Part shown: positions 50,902 through 60,329 of the stretch, in pieces | Position numbering within the stretch: position 1 is the first letter of the stretch | How the letters are laid out: the number at the start of each line of letters is the position of its first letter | Source: an uncultured Verrucomicrobiae bacterium | Lineage (GTDB): Bacteria > Verrucomicrobiota > Verrucomicrobiia > Chthoniobacterales > Chthoniobacteraceae | NCBI GenBank assembly: GCA_963769025.1 | Contig: CAVYKI010000009.1 | Location: forward strand, 1,056,001-1,120,000 | Direction of reading: 5' to 3' | DNA length: 64,000 bases | Notes under the pieces: generated by a model | The model's database searches: none | Told to the model about the DNA's origin: nothing | What the model saw: only the letters and a program-made list of their open reading frames with translations | Made by a program: the position numbers and the translations under genes

Positions 50902-51843
50902 TCACGACGCCGCACGGGAGAGCTGGCGGAAAAGCTCCGCGGCCAGCGCCTCCGGCTGCGTCGGATCTCCGGTTACCGTGCCCTCTGCCGGAGGCCGGCC
51001 GGGTTCGGAAAAAAGGATGCCCCGCATGACGAGCTCGCCATCGCGCAGTTCCGTACGAACCCCCACCGGCACCGAGCAGTCGCCCGCGAGCAACCGTTGC
51101 AACGCCCGCTCGGCGCGAATCGCCACCATCGTCGGAGGATGGTTGATCCGAGCAAGGACGTCCCGGACATCCATACGGTCCGCGCGAATCTGAAGCGCAA
51201 TCGCCCCCTGCCCGATCGCCGGAATGATCCGCCCCGCGAGCGACGACGCGCGCCACTCGCCGCCGTCCCACTTCAAAATCCCCCGCTCCAAATCCAGCGT
51301 GTATCCGAGACGCCGCAATCCCGCCTCTGCCAGGACAATCGCGGCGATCTCCGCGTTCTCACCCAGTTTCCGCAGCCGGCTCGGCACATTCCCGCGCCAT
51401 TCCCCGATGACGAGATCCGGCCGCAGCCATCCGAGTTGCCGTGCGCGACGAACACTGCTCGTGCCCACGTGCGCGCCTTGCGACAGCGCATCGAGGCCGC
51501 CTGCGGTCTTGCTCACGAGAATGTCCGCAGTCGGTGCGCGCTCCAGCACCGCGACGATCTCCAGGCCGTCCGGATTGTGGCCGGGCAGATCCTTCAGGCT
51601 GTGAATCGCGACGTCGATGCGCCCGTCGAGCAGCGCATCCTCAAGCTCACGCGTAAAGAGCCCCTTCCCGCCCGCTTCGCCCGCCTTCAGCAAATTCAGA
51701 TCGAGCTTCTTGTCGCCGCGCGTGATGAAAACTTCCCGCTCCGTCCGGAGCTCGGGCAACTCCCGCGCGAGCGCAGCCTCGGTAAGGTCCACCTGCGCGA
51801 GCGCAAGCGCCGATCCACGTGTACCGATCCGCAGGACCTTCAC
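50902..51843 (-). CDS. hemC: Hydroxymethylbilane synthase
   Basis: IGTRGSALALAQ, GKGLFTRELE, HSLKDLP, GTSSVRR, GDCSVPVG. Confidence 0.96.
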   Translation of the reverse strand: MKVLRIGTRGSALALAQVDLTEAALARELPELRTEREVFITRGDKKLDLNLLKAGEAGGKGLFTRELEDALLDGRIDVAIHSLKDLPGHNPDGLEIVAVLERAPTADILVSKTAGGLDALSQGAHVGTSSVRRARQLGWLRPDLVIGEWRGNVPSRLRKLGENAEIAAIVLAEAGLRRLGYTLDLERGILKWDGGEWRASSLAGRIIPAIGQGAIALQIRADRMDVRDVLARINHPPTMVAIRAERALQRLLAGDCSVPVGVRTELRDGELVMRGILFSEPGRPPAEGTVTGDPTQPEALAAELFRQLSRAAS

Positions 51844-52907
51844 TTCGCCCCCTCCGGCTGCATTCCGGCGGTTCCCGTTCCGCCAAAGCCATGGTGCGGC
51901 ACCGAAAGCCATTTCGAAAACTCGGCAACGTGCCGCTCGATCATCTCCTCACAGCGGACGAGTTCCTTCCGCCGCACCTGCATGCTCTGCTCCGCGATCC
52001 CCTGCAGCGCATCGATGTCGTAAAGGTACACGCCCTCGACGTCGTTCACCGTCGCCTCGAAATCGCGCGGCACCGCGAGGTCGATGCAGAACAGCGGCCG
52101 ATCCTGGCGGCGCGTCATGAGGGGTGAAATTTTCGCGTTTGTGACCACCGCGTGCGGCGCGCCGGTCGAGCCGATCAGGATGTCCATCGCATCAAATTCC
52201 TTTTCCCAATCATCGAAATGGATTGCCCGGCCGCCCAGCATCGCCGCGAGCGACGCAGCCCGCTCGTAGGTCCGGTTCGAGACAAAAATCGCCTTTGCCC
52301 CGCGCGATTGCAGCGCCTTCGCAGTCATCTCCGCCGTCTCTCCGGCGCCGAGCACCATCACGTTGCACGCGTCGAGCTTCCCGAAGATTTTCTCCGCGAG
52401 TTCCACCGCCGCGCTGCCGACGCTCACCGCGCCGCGCGTGATGCTCGTCTTCGTCCGCACTTCCTTCGCCACATTAAACGCGCGCTGGAAAAGCTTGTTC
52501 AGCGTGCGCGAAGTCGATCCCGCGGCCTGCGCTGACTGGTAGGCCTTCTTCACCTGTCCGAGGATTTCCGTCTCGCCGAGCACCATGCTCTCGAGCCCGC
52601 TCACCACTCGGAAGAGATGGCGGATTCCCTCCTCGCCTTTCAGTTCCACAAACGTGGGCGCCTGCGGCGGGTGCCCGCTCTTCGTCGCGATGAAATCCGA
52701 CACCGTCCTCAATCCCTCCGTCCCATCCTCGGCGGCGGCGTAATATTCCACCCGGTTGCACGTGGAGATGATGACCGCCTCGCGAAGCCCATGCGCCTGC
52801 GCGAGCAGCGAGCTGAACTCGCCAAGATGCGCGTCCCCGACCGCGAAACGCTCGCGCATTTCCACCGGCGCGGTTTTGTGGCTGAGACCGAGGCAGAGGA
52901 CTTCCAT
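51840..52907 (-). CDS. hemA: Glutamyl-tRNA reductase (short C-terminus)
   Basis: GLSHKTAPVEMRE, ISTCNRVE, SGLESMVLGETEILGQVK, GAGET, DLAVPRD. Confidence 0.96.
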   Translation of the reverse strand: MEVLCLGLSHKTAPVEMRERFAVGDAHLGEFSSLLAQAHGLREAVIISTCNRVEYYAAAEDGTEGLRTVSDFIATKSGHPPQAPTFVELKGEEGIRHLFRVVSGLESMVLGETEILGQVKKAYQSAQAAGSTSRTLNKLFQRAFNVAKEVRTKTSITRGAVSVGSAAVELAEKIFGKLDACNVMVLGAGETAEMTAKALQSRGAKAIFVSNRTYERAASLAAMLGGRAIHFDDWEKEFDAMDILIGSTGAPHAVVTNAKISPLMTRRQDRPLFCIDLAVPRDFEATVNDVEGVYLYDIDALQGIAEQSMQVRRKELVRCEEMIERHVAEFSKWLSVPHHGFGGTGTAGMQPEGAK

Positions 52908-53692
52908 CAGTTGCCGAGGTGGAGGAAGCTGAGTGCTCCCAGTGTGGTAAGCGCCAATGCGAAGGCCGCGACCGCGAGCCACGCGATCCGGCGCGAGCTG
53001 AAGCGGTGCGTGCGGCGCATGACCAAAAGCACGCCGTACGGCAGCCAGACGCACACCGCGAGGATGATGGTGGAGGCCGCCGCGTGCCCGGCAAAAAAGC
53101 CCGCAACGATGCCAACTGTCAGCAGCGCGAAGCCCGCGAGCATCAGCCGCTGCACCGCTTCGGCGAGATTCGCGATGGGCGGGAGATCGTGGAAAAAGGA
53201 ATTCAGCGTGTGCCGCTTCAGGTGCCGCTCCTGCACGAGGAACATCACGCCCGCAACGCACGCCAGCGCGAAGGCACCGTACGCCACGAGCGAAATTGCC
53301 GCGTGCAGCTCTGGCCAGAAGCCTGACGACACCTTGCGCACCGCCGGCTGCGAGGCGGCAGGCAGCAATTGCGCGACGACCTGGATCAGGAAGACCAGTG
53401 GAGCGGTGAACGTCCCGAGCAACGACAGCCGGTAGGTGCTCCCGACGACGAAATACAGCAGCACCACCGACCAGCTCAGGAAGACGAGCACCTCGAAAAG
53501 ATTCGTGAGCGGGCATCGTCCGACATCCTGGCTCCGCAGATGCAGGAAGCCGCTCTGCAAAATGAAACCCGTCAGCATCACCACGAAATTCCAGCGCGAG
53601 GGATGCCGCACTTTCGCGCCGAGCGCATACATCGCGTAGGCGAACCCGGCGAGGAAGCAGAGCGTGGATGAGACGAGGAACGCGCGTTCCAT
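52907..53692 (-). CDS. ccsA: CcsA/HemX-like cytochrome c assembly family membrane protein
   Basis: Multi-TM; CPLTNLFE, WPELHAAISLVAYG, QERHLK; first gene of the hem operon. Confidence 0.8.
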   Translation of the reverse strand: MERAFLVSSTLCFLAGFAYAMYALGAKVRHPSRWNFVVMLTGFILQSGFLHLRSQDVGRCPLTNLFEVLVFLSWSVVLLYFVVGSTYRLSLLGTFTAPLVFLIQVVAQLLPAASQPAVRKVSSGFWPELHAAISLVAYGAFALACVAGVMFLVQERHLKRHTLNSFFHDLPPIANLAEAVQRLMLAGFALLTVGIVAGFFAGHAAASTIILAVCVWLPYGVLLVMRRTHRFSSRRIAWLAVAAFALALTTLGALSFLHLGN

Positions 53693-53701
53693 GGGTGATG
53701 C

Positions 53702-53730
53702 AGGCTACGTGGCGGCTTTGCGCAATGCAA
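53702..53730 (-). promoter_or_regulatory. sigma70-type promoter of the ccsA-hem operon
   Basis: TTGCAT-17-TAGCCT, 9 nt before ATG 53692. Confidence 0.55.
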
Positions 53731-53746
53731 ACGCCCGCCTCGCCGC

Positions 53747-55510
53747 CTACGCGAGGACTCCTTCGGCCGCCGGCGCCCCCTCGGTCACGACGCGGCGCAG
53801 CACGCGTTTCCCGTCGGTGAGCGTGAAGATATACTCGGACGAGAACACAGCACCTTCGACGTTCACGCGATGCTCCTGACTCGCGATCTTCGCAGCCTCC
53901 TTCGCGTGCCATGCACGCAGCGCGTCCGGAGTGACGGCGGTTTCCTTCCAGAATTCCACGCGGTCGAACGGCGTTTCGCGCAAGCGGCGCTGGAGGAAAT
54001 CGCGGTCGAGGAATGCGAGCAGGTTGCCGGCTTTCGGACCGGCGGCCTTGTCGAGGATGACGCGGTAGAGCGCCTTGAAGGCGAGCGGCTGCTCCACGGG
54101 TGTGAGGCGGGCGACCTCGAAGATTTTCGACTGCAGCACGTCGTCTTCCCATGCCGTGTCAGGCAGCGCATCGGCGAGGGCGTGGAGGAAGGCGCGCTGG
54201 GCCTGCGTGAGTTCGGCGGCCCGGGCGGGCAGCGTTTCCTGAAGGTGCGTCTTTTCCTCCTCGCTGGCGTAACGCTCGACCCAGACTCGCGCGGAGCGGA
54301 TGCGGGCGTCGAGGTGGGCACGCTCGCTCGCGGTGAGCGGACGCCCGGCGCGCTTCTCGATCTCCTTCACCGCATCGAGATGCGGGAGCTGGATGAGCGC
54401 GGTCACGAGCTGGAAGTTCGCGTTGAACTCGTGTCCCTCGATGGACGCGGGCGCGGCGAGGCGAGTGACGAACGCCTCGTCCGGCGTCGCCTTGCCGGTC
54501 ACGGTGCGATCGTGGAAGCGGTCGTATTCGTTGAAGAGCTTCACGATGCCTTCCTCGTGCACGTCGAAGTTCACCGGCGAGTTCGGCTTCGTGCGGATCA
54601 TCAGGAATCGCAGCAGTTCCGGCGGCAGAAGGTCGGCCATGTCGCGCGCACTGGCACCGATGCCTTTGCTGGAGCTCATCTTCGCGCCACCGACGAGGAA
54701 GAACTCGTACGGCACGTTGAGCGGCGGCTCCTTTTGGAAGATTGCGCGCAGGCACGCGGCGCTCACGTCGCGCGAGCCGCCCTTCGTCGAGTGATCCTTG
54801 CCCGCGCCCTCGATGGTCACGGGAAAGCTGATCCACTTCGCGAGCCATTCGAGCTTCCACGGCAGCTTTCCACGTCCGTCGAACGGCGAGACTTTTCCCT
54901 CGTGGCCGCAGCCGCGCGCCCACTTCACCATGTCGGGCCGGCAGCGGTAGCTGACCTCGTTGCCGTCATAGGCGAAGACCTCCGTCGTCCCGATGCGCCC
55001 GCACTTTTCGCACACCGTCTGGAACGGGAACCACGTCTCGGAGCGCTCGGAATTCGAAACCTCCTTGTACACGCTGCGCACGGTGGCGGCGTTGCGGAGG
55101 ATGACGTCGATCGCCTCGTTGAACTTCCCGCTGCGGTAGATGTCGCGCATGCGGTACTTCTCCACTTTCACGCCGAGTTCCTCGAAGACCTGGAAAAACT
55201 CCGAGATGTAATGCTCGGCCATGTCGGAAGCGGTCGAATTGTCCGGCGGTGGCACGTTGCAAAGCGGCTGCCCGAGGAACTGCTCGAAGTGCGCGCCCTT
55301 GCCCGCGGGGATTTCATCGAGCGGATCGTAGTCGTCCACGCCGAAGAGGTAGCGCGCCTCGATGCCCTTTTCTTTCAGCGTACGGAAAATCGCGTCGTGG
55401 ATGAGCACGCCGCGCAGCGCGCCGACGTGAACGCGGCCGCTCGGGGTCTTCGAGTCGTTGATGATTTGCGGGCCGACGCACTTGGCGGCGACGTCTTCGG
55501 TCCAGAACAT
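53747..55510 (-). CDS. lysS: Class I lysyl-tRNA synthetase
   Basis: TPSGRVHVGALR (HIGH-like), DDYD, CEKCG/CGHEG zinc sites, GKLPWK, GAGKDH, KMSSSKG. Confidence 0.92.
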   Translation of the reverse strand: MFWTEDVAAKCVGPQIINDSKTPSGRVHVGALRGVLIHDAIFRTLKEKGIEARYLFGVDDYDPLDEIPAGKGAHFEQFLGQPLCNVPPPDNSTASDMAEHYISEFFQVFEELGVKVEKYRMRDIYRSGKFNEAIDVILRNAATVRSVYKEVSNSERSETWFPFQTVCEKCGRIGTTEVFAYDGNEVSYRCRPDMVKWARGCGHEGKVSPFDGRGKLPWKLEWLAKWISFPVTIEGAGKDHSTKGGSRDVSAACLRAIFQKEPPLNVPYEFFLVGGAKMSSSKGIGASARDMADLLPPELLRFLMIRTKPNSPVNFDVHEEGIVKLFNEYDRFHDRTVTGKATPDEAFVTRLAAPASIEGHEFNANFQLVTALIQLPHLDAVKEIEKRAGRPLTASERAHLDARIRSARVWVERYASEEEKTHLQETLPARAAELTQAQRAFLHALADALPDTAWEDDVLQSKIFEVARLTPVEQPLAFKALYRVILDKAAGPKAGNLLAFLDRDFLQRRLRETPFDRVEFWKETAVTPDALRAWHAKEAAKIASQEHRVNVEGAVFSSEYIFTLTDGKRVLRRVVTEGAPAAEGVLA

Positions 55511-55555
55511 AGGGCGCGAGGGATAGCGACGAAATGCGACAAGTCGAGCGAAGCC

Positions 55556-55583
55556 TTGCGCACCGTGCCGCGCGCCGTAGATT
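55556..55583 (+). promoter_or_regulatory. sigma70-type promoter of rnpB
   Basis: TTGCGC-16-TAGATT just before the RNA 5' end. Confidence 0.55.
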
Positions 55584-55589
55584 GCGCGC

Positions 55590-56032
55590 GTTGGCCGACG
55601 GTCGCTCGCGGTTCGCCCGCGAGAGGAAAGTCCGGACACCACCAGACAGCAGGCCGTGGAGAATCCGCGGGCGTGGCGGACGAAAGTCCGCCGCGACAGA
55701 CAGTGTCACAGAAAACAGACCGCCTGCGGTCCCTCGCAAGAGATGCCGCGGGTAAGGGTGAAAAGGCGGGGTAAGAGCCCACCGCCCGCTCAGCAATGCG
55801 CGGGGCACGAAAAACCTACTGCGGTGCAAGACAAAACAGGAGGCCTGGCGTCTGGCCGGCTCCGCTTCGGCGGGGCAGCCTCCGGGTAATAGTCGCACTG
55901 GCGGCGCGGGCTCCGGCTCGCGTCATCGGCCGGCCGCCTCCGGGCGGCCGGAGAGAAATGATCGTCACCAGTCGCATTCGCTCGGCGCAAGCCGCGCCAC
56001 GCGGCGGGAACAAAATCCGGCTTATGGCCAGC
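55590..56032 (+). ncRNA. rnpB: RNase P RNA, class A
   Basis: GAGGAAAGTCCGG, CACAGAAAA, AAGGGTGAAAAGG..GGTAAGAGC, ACAAAATCCGGCTTA; P1 GTTGGCC/GGCCAGC. Confidence 0.96.
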
Positions 56033-56038
56033 AAAACG

Positions 56039-56075
56039 GGGCGCCTCGGGGAAACCCGGGGCGCCCTCACTTTTT
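56039..56075 (+). terminator. Intrinsic terminator of rnpB
   Basis: GGGCGCC.CGGG-GAAA-CCCGGGGCGCCC then TCACTTTTT. Confidence 0.8.
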
Positions 56076-56153
56076 GCAACGCGGAACGGGGAGGCGGAAC
56101 ACGGAGAAACCGAACATCCGGCGCCGCGAGCTTTCTCCCCGCCCCGTTCGTTA

Positions 56154-56169
56154 CGGCGCAGCGATTGCT
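56154..56169 (+). promoter_or_regulatory. Possible sigma54 promoter
   Basis: CGGCGCA-GCGA-TTGCT. Confidence 0.4.
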
Positions 56170-56195
56170 TTGGAAAATGGGAATCCACCCATCCC

Positions 56196-58706
56196 TTGGC
56201 ACTCCACACTTCCAGCATTCACCATTCACGGCCCCGGCCGTTGCTTCAGCGTGTGCTGGTCCGGTTGAAGGTGCAGGAAAAGCTCCGCCTCTGCGGGATT
56301 CTCAGCATTGGTGCTGGCTTGGTGCCTCCGCTGTTTCTGCTGTGGTGGGCGCAATCCTCGCCAGGTGGAACGGTCGAAAAGGCCACACTCATTCAGCAGC
56401 TTTGCTGGACCGTCGTCGCTCAGGGCCTCGGTTTGCTCGGGGCGACATTCATCAGCCGGCAAATCCTGCTCAACATGGGCCGTTCCTTTCAGCGGCTCGG
56501 CGACGTCGTGGACTCCATCACGGCCGGCCAGACCGAAGGGCCCTTCGAATTCACGAGCCGCACGGACGAACTCGGCGCGCTCGCGACGGCACTGCAAAAG
56601 ATGATTACCGTCAGCAAGGCCGACCGCCAGACGCTCGTCGATGGCAACCTCGCCCTCGTGCTCGCAAACGAAAATCTTGCCGAGGCCAACATGGAACTTG
56701 AGGCCGCCAACAAGCGCGTCCGGGAATTCGCCGAGCAGGCCGGAAGCGCGAATGCGGCGAAGCGCACCTTCCTCGCGGTGATGAGCCACGAGATCCGCAC
56801 GCCCGTAAACGGAATCATCGGCATGACGGAGCTGGCGATGAAAACGCGCCTCGATCCGGCGCAGCGCGACTATCTCGAAACGATCAACAACACCGCGGAA
56901 AGCCTGCTCGATCTGCTCAACGAGGTGCTCGATTTTTCGAAAATCGAAGCGGGCAAGTTCGAACTCGATGTGGCCGACTTCAGCCTTCGCAGCGTGGTCG
57001 GCGACGCGGTGAGCGGCTTCGCCGCCCGGCACCACGCAAAGGGCCTCGAGCTGATTCTCGACATCCAGCCCGATGTCCCCGACGCAGTCATCGGCGATCC
57101 GTTCCGGCTCCGGCAGATTTTGGTAAACCTCATGAGCAACGCCCATCGCTTCACCGAGCGGGGCGAAGTGGTGGTGAGCGTGCAGGTGGATGAACCCGGC
57201 GAGGTGGAAACGCGGTTGCGCTTTTCCGTGACGGACACCGGCTGCGGCATTCCGAGGGAAAAGCAGCAGTCGATTTTCGACCTCTTCACCCAGGGCGACA
57301 GTTCCACGACGCGACGCAGCGGCGGGAGCGGGCTCGGCCTCACGATCAGCAGCCAGCTCGTCCAGATGATGGATGGGCACATCCGCGTGCTCAGCGAGGT
57401 GGGCGGCGGCAGCCGGTTTGATTTCACAGCGGTCCTCGGAGTCGGCGCCCAGACACCCGAGCCCTCGGCAGCGCCATTGTCGGGGCGCCGCGCACTGCTG
57501 ATCGAATCCAACGCCCGGAACGAGGAAGTCGCCACGCGAATGCTCGAAGGATGGGGTGTCACTGTCCACGCAGTCCGATGCGCGGCGGCAGGCATGCGGA
57601 TTATCGAGGCAGCGGCGACACAGCCTTTTGATTTCATCATCGCTGACACATTTCACGCCGGCAGCGGCGGGCTGGAATTTGCGGACTACGCAGCGGCACT
57701 GGGCGCCAACGGCGCAAGGATCGTGCTGCTGACTTCCGCAAACCGGACGGACCTCTCCACGCGCGTGCTGCCGTCCGTGAACGCGCTCGTCAACAAGCCG
57801 GTTCGCGAATCGAAACTGCTCGAGATTTTGCTGCGCGCGCCGGAGCCCGCCGGCGAGGCTTCCGCCAACCCCGCTCGCGACGACGCAGAACGGCTCCCGC
57901 ATGGCCGCTCCCTGAACGTTCTCATCGTCGAGGACAACGCCACCAACCGCCGCATCATCCGCACCTACCTCGAGAGCTGGGGGCATACTGTCGTGGCCGC
58001 GCACGATGGGACCGACGCCACGCTGTTTTTCCCGGCGGACAAATTCGATCTGGTCCTCATGGATCTCCAAATGCCGCGGATGGACGGCATCGCCGCCACG
58101 GCGAGCATCCGGCAGATGGAGGCCAAGGGCTGCCGCGTCCCCATCATCGCGCTGACGGCAAATGTGCTCAAAGGCGTGCGCGAGGAATGCCATGCAGCCG
58201 GGATGGACGGCTACCTTGCGAAGCCCATCCGCGAGCACGAATTGCTCGCAGCGATCGAGGCGGTGGTGCCGGGGCTTCGCGCCGCCTCGCACGCCGTCGC
58301 ACTGCCACCTGCTGGGACTCTGCCCACGATCCCGAAGACGGAGCAGCCATTCCACGAAACCGAACTCGTCGGCAGCGTGAACGGCTCGCATCGCACTCTC
58401 GCAGGGCTGCTCGAAGACTGCCGCGACGGGGACTTTCCCGAGTTGTTCGCGCAGATTGCCACGGCCTTGAAAGAAAACGATCCACGGGCTGCTCAGAGGG
58501 CGGCGCATGCGATCAAGGGAGTCGTCGGCGTGTTTCACGCCCCCGCCGCGTACACGGCTGCGAGGCGACTGGAGGAATGCGCACGGTCCGGAGATGTCCG
58601 ACAGCTCGCTGCGCACGCCGAGGAACTTCACCGGACGGTATCCGAATTGCTGTCCTCCTTGGAACGTTTCGTCGCCTTCTCACCGCTGCTCAGCCGGGCC
58701 GCGTGA
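56196..58706 (+). CDS. Hybrid sensor histidine kinase (2TM-HAMP-HisKA-HATPase-REC-REC-Hpt); start uncertain
   Basis: [51 protein letters not shown]. Confidence 0.93.
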   Translation: MALHTSSIHHSRPRPLLQRVLVRLKVQEKLRLCGILSIGAGLVPPLFLLWWAQSSPGGTVEKATLIQQLCWTVVAQGLGLLGATFISRQILLNMGRSFQRLGDVVDSITAGQTEGPFEFTSRTDELGALATALQKMITVSKADRQTLVDGNLALVLANENLAEANMELEAANKRVREFAEQAGSANAAKRTFLAVMSHEIRTPVNGIIGMTELAMKTRLDPAQRDYLETINNTAESLLDLLNEVLDFSKIEAGKFELDVADFSLRSVVGDAVSGFAARHHAKGLELILDIQPDVPDAVIGDPFRLRQILVNLMSNAHRFTERGEVVVSVQVDEPGEVETRLRFSVTDTGCGIPREKQQSIFDLFTQGDSSTTRRSGGSGLGLTISSQLVQMMDGHIRVLSEVGGGSRFDFTAVLGVGAQTPEPSAAPLSGRRALLIESNARNEEVATRMLEGWGVTVHAVRCAAAGMRIIEAAATQPFDFIIADTFHAGSGGLEFADYAAALGANGARIVLLTSANRTDLSTRVLPSVNALVNKPVRESKLLEILLRAPEPAGEASANPARDDAERLPHGRSLNVLIVEDNATNRRIIRTYLESWGHTVVAAHDGTDATLFFPADKFDLVLMDLQMPRMDGIAATASIRQMEAKGCRVPIIALTANVLKGVREECHAAGMDGYLAKPIREHELLAAIEAVVPGLRAASHAVALPPAGTLPTIPKTEQPFHETELVGSVNGSHRTLAGLLEDCRDGDFPELFAQIATALKENDPRAAQRAAHAIKGVVGVFHAPAAYTAARRLEECARSGDVRQLAAHAEELHRTVSELLSSLERFVAFSPLLSRAA

Positions 58707-58738
58707 GACGCAGCCGCCATCTTCCCACCTTCATCTCC

Positions 58739-59467
58739 ATGCCAGACAGCGCACCCGCCATCCTGATTCTCGAAGACACGAGGACCGTCCAGAACTACAT
58801 CCGCGACGTGCTGCGGCCCCTGGAAGGTGCGCACCGTGTCGTCCTCGCGCGCAAGGTGAAGGAAGCGCAGGAAATCGCCGCCGGCACGGACATCGCGCTC
58901 TTCATCGTGGACATCGGGCTGCCCGACGGGGACGGGATCGATTTCCTCTGCGAGATGTCCATGCTGCATCCGGACTCGCGTGCGCTCATCATCACATCGA
59001 CGCCGAGCGACGACTTCCGCGAAAGGGCGAGGCAGCTCGGTGTGCTGCACTTCATGGCGAAGCCGCTCGAGAGGCGCGTGCTGCTCGATGCCGTCCGCAA
59101 ACTCCTCGCGCCGCCGACGGCACCCGGCGATGCGCTTTCGGGATTCGAGGCCACGCTCGGGGGATTGTCGCCGATCGACATCATCCAATTGAAATGCCTG
59201 CGCGGCACGACGGGCGCGATCGAACTGCGCGACCAACACCTATTCGGACAGGTGTGGTTCGAGCGCGGAGAAATCATCCACGCGGAATGCAAGCTGCCCG
59301 GCGCCGAGCACTCTGGACTCGATGCGCTGCACTGCATGTTCACGTGGAGGACAGGCTGCATCCGTGAAGTGGCGGACGCGCGCACGGTGCCGCAGACCAT
59401 CACCATGCCCTGGCAGCAACTGCTCATGGACGCCGATGCGCTGGCCGCGGAAGCCGCACTCCCATGA
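58739..59467 (+). CDS. Response regulator with C-terminal DUF4388 (PATAN-like) domain
   Basis: ILILED, IVDIGLPDGDG, KP; LGGLSPIDIIQL..TG..GQVWFERGEIIHA..W..G..TI..PWQQLLMD. Confidence 0.88.
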   Translation: MPDSAPAILILEDTRTVQNYIRDVLRPLEGAHRVVLARKVKEAQEIAAGTDIALFIVDIGLPDGDGIDFLCEMSMLHPDSRALIITSTPSDDFRERARQLGVLHFMAKPLERRVLLDAVRKLLAPPTAPGDALSGFEATLGGLSPIDIIQLKCLRGTTGAIELRDQHLFGQVWFERGEIIHAECKLPGAEHSGLDALHCMFTWRTGCIREVADARTVPQTITMPWQQLLMDADALAAEAALP

Positions 59468-59550
59468 CGGCGCGCCGCTCCGCTCAATCGAGTGCCGAAC
59501 GCGAGGAGCTAGGAAAATTTTTGCACGGAGATCGGCGGGGGAACCTGACG

Positions 59551-59566
59551 TGGCGCGACAGATGCT
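59551..59566 (+). promoter_or_regulatory. Possible sigma54 promoter
   Basis: TGGCGCG-ACAG-ATGCT. Confidence 0.35.
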
Positions 59567-59591
59567 TTCTCAGTGCCATCCCAAATCACCA

Positions 59592-60329
59592 ATGAGCAAC
59601 GCAACGTCCACCATTCTCCTGATTGAGGACATCAGCACCGTGCAGTTTTTCGTGCGCAACGCACTCAGCTCGCTGCCGCGCCCTTACACCTTGCTCACCG
59701 CCGGCTCCATCGGGCAGGCGCGCGAGCAGATGGCGGGAAAATTTGTGGATCTCTTCATCGTGGACATCGGCCTGCCCGACGGGGACGGCATCGATTTCCT
59801 GTGCGAAGCCGCAGTGCTCCAGCCGCAGGCCACCGCGATCATCGTGACCGCCACGCCTTCCGAGGAACATCGCGCGCGTGCGGAGCAGCTCGGCGTCGTG
59901 CAGCTCCTCAGCAAGCCCATCCAACGGAACCAGCTCTGCGCGGCCATCTGCAAGCTCCTCGGATGGTCCGACCAGGCAGCCGGCGACACCTCGAATTTCC
60001 GTGCAACGCTCAGCGGCCTCACCCCGCTCGACATCGTGCAGCTCAAGTGCATGAGCGGCGCGACGAGCATCCTGGAGTTCACCAACAACCAGCGCAGCGG
60101 CCGTGTCTATTTTGAAAAAGGCAACGTCGCCCACGCACTCCTTCTGCAGGACGACGGGACGAAGATCCTCGGCTACGACGCCTTCGCGGAGATTTCCGGC
60201 TGGAGCGCCGGCCGCGTCGCCGAGGTCCAGGATGCCTCGCCCTACCCGCACAGCATCCGGACGAACTGGCAGTCGCTCGTGCTCGAGGTCGCGCATCAGC
60301 GCGACGAGATGCAGGGCCACGCCGCCTAG
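59592..60329 (+). CDS. Second REC-DUF4388 response regulator (tandem paralogue)
   Basis: ILLIED, IVDIGLPDGDG; LSGLTPLDIVQL..GRVYFEKGNVAHA..W..G..WQSLVLE. Confidence 0.88.
   Translation: MSNATSTILLIEDISTVQFFVRNALSSLPRPYTLLTAGSIGQAREQMAGKFVDLFIVDIGLPDGDGIDFLCEAAVLQPQATAIIVTATPSEEHRARAEQLGVVQLLSKPIQRNQLCAAICKLLGWSDQAAGDTSNFRATLSGLTPLDIVQLKCMSGATSILEFTNNQRSGRVYFEKGNVAHALLLQDDGTKILGYDAFAEISGWSAGRVAEVQDASPYPHSIRTNWQSLVLEVAHQRDEMQGHAA

Noticed and set aside
55534..56229. Short ORFs overlapping 55.6-56.0 kb
   Set aside because: The region is the RNase P RNA gene and its terminator
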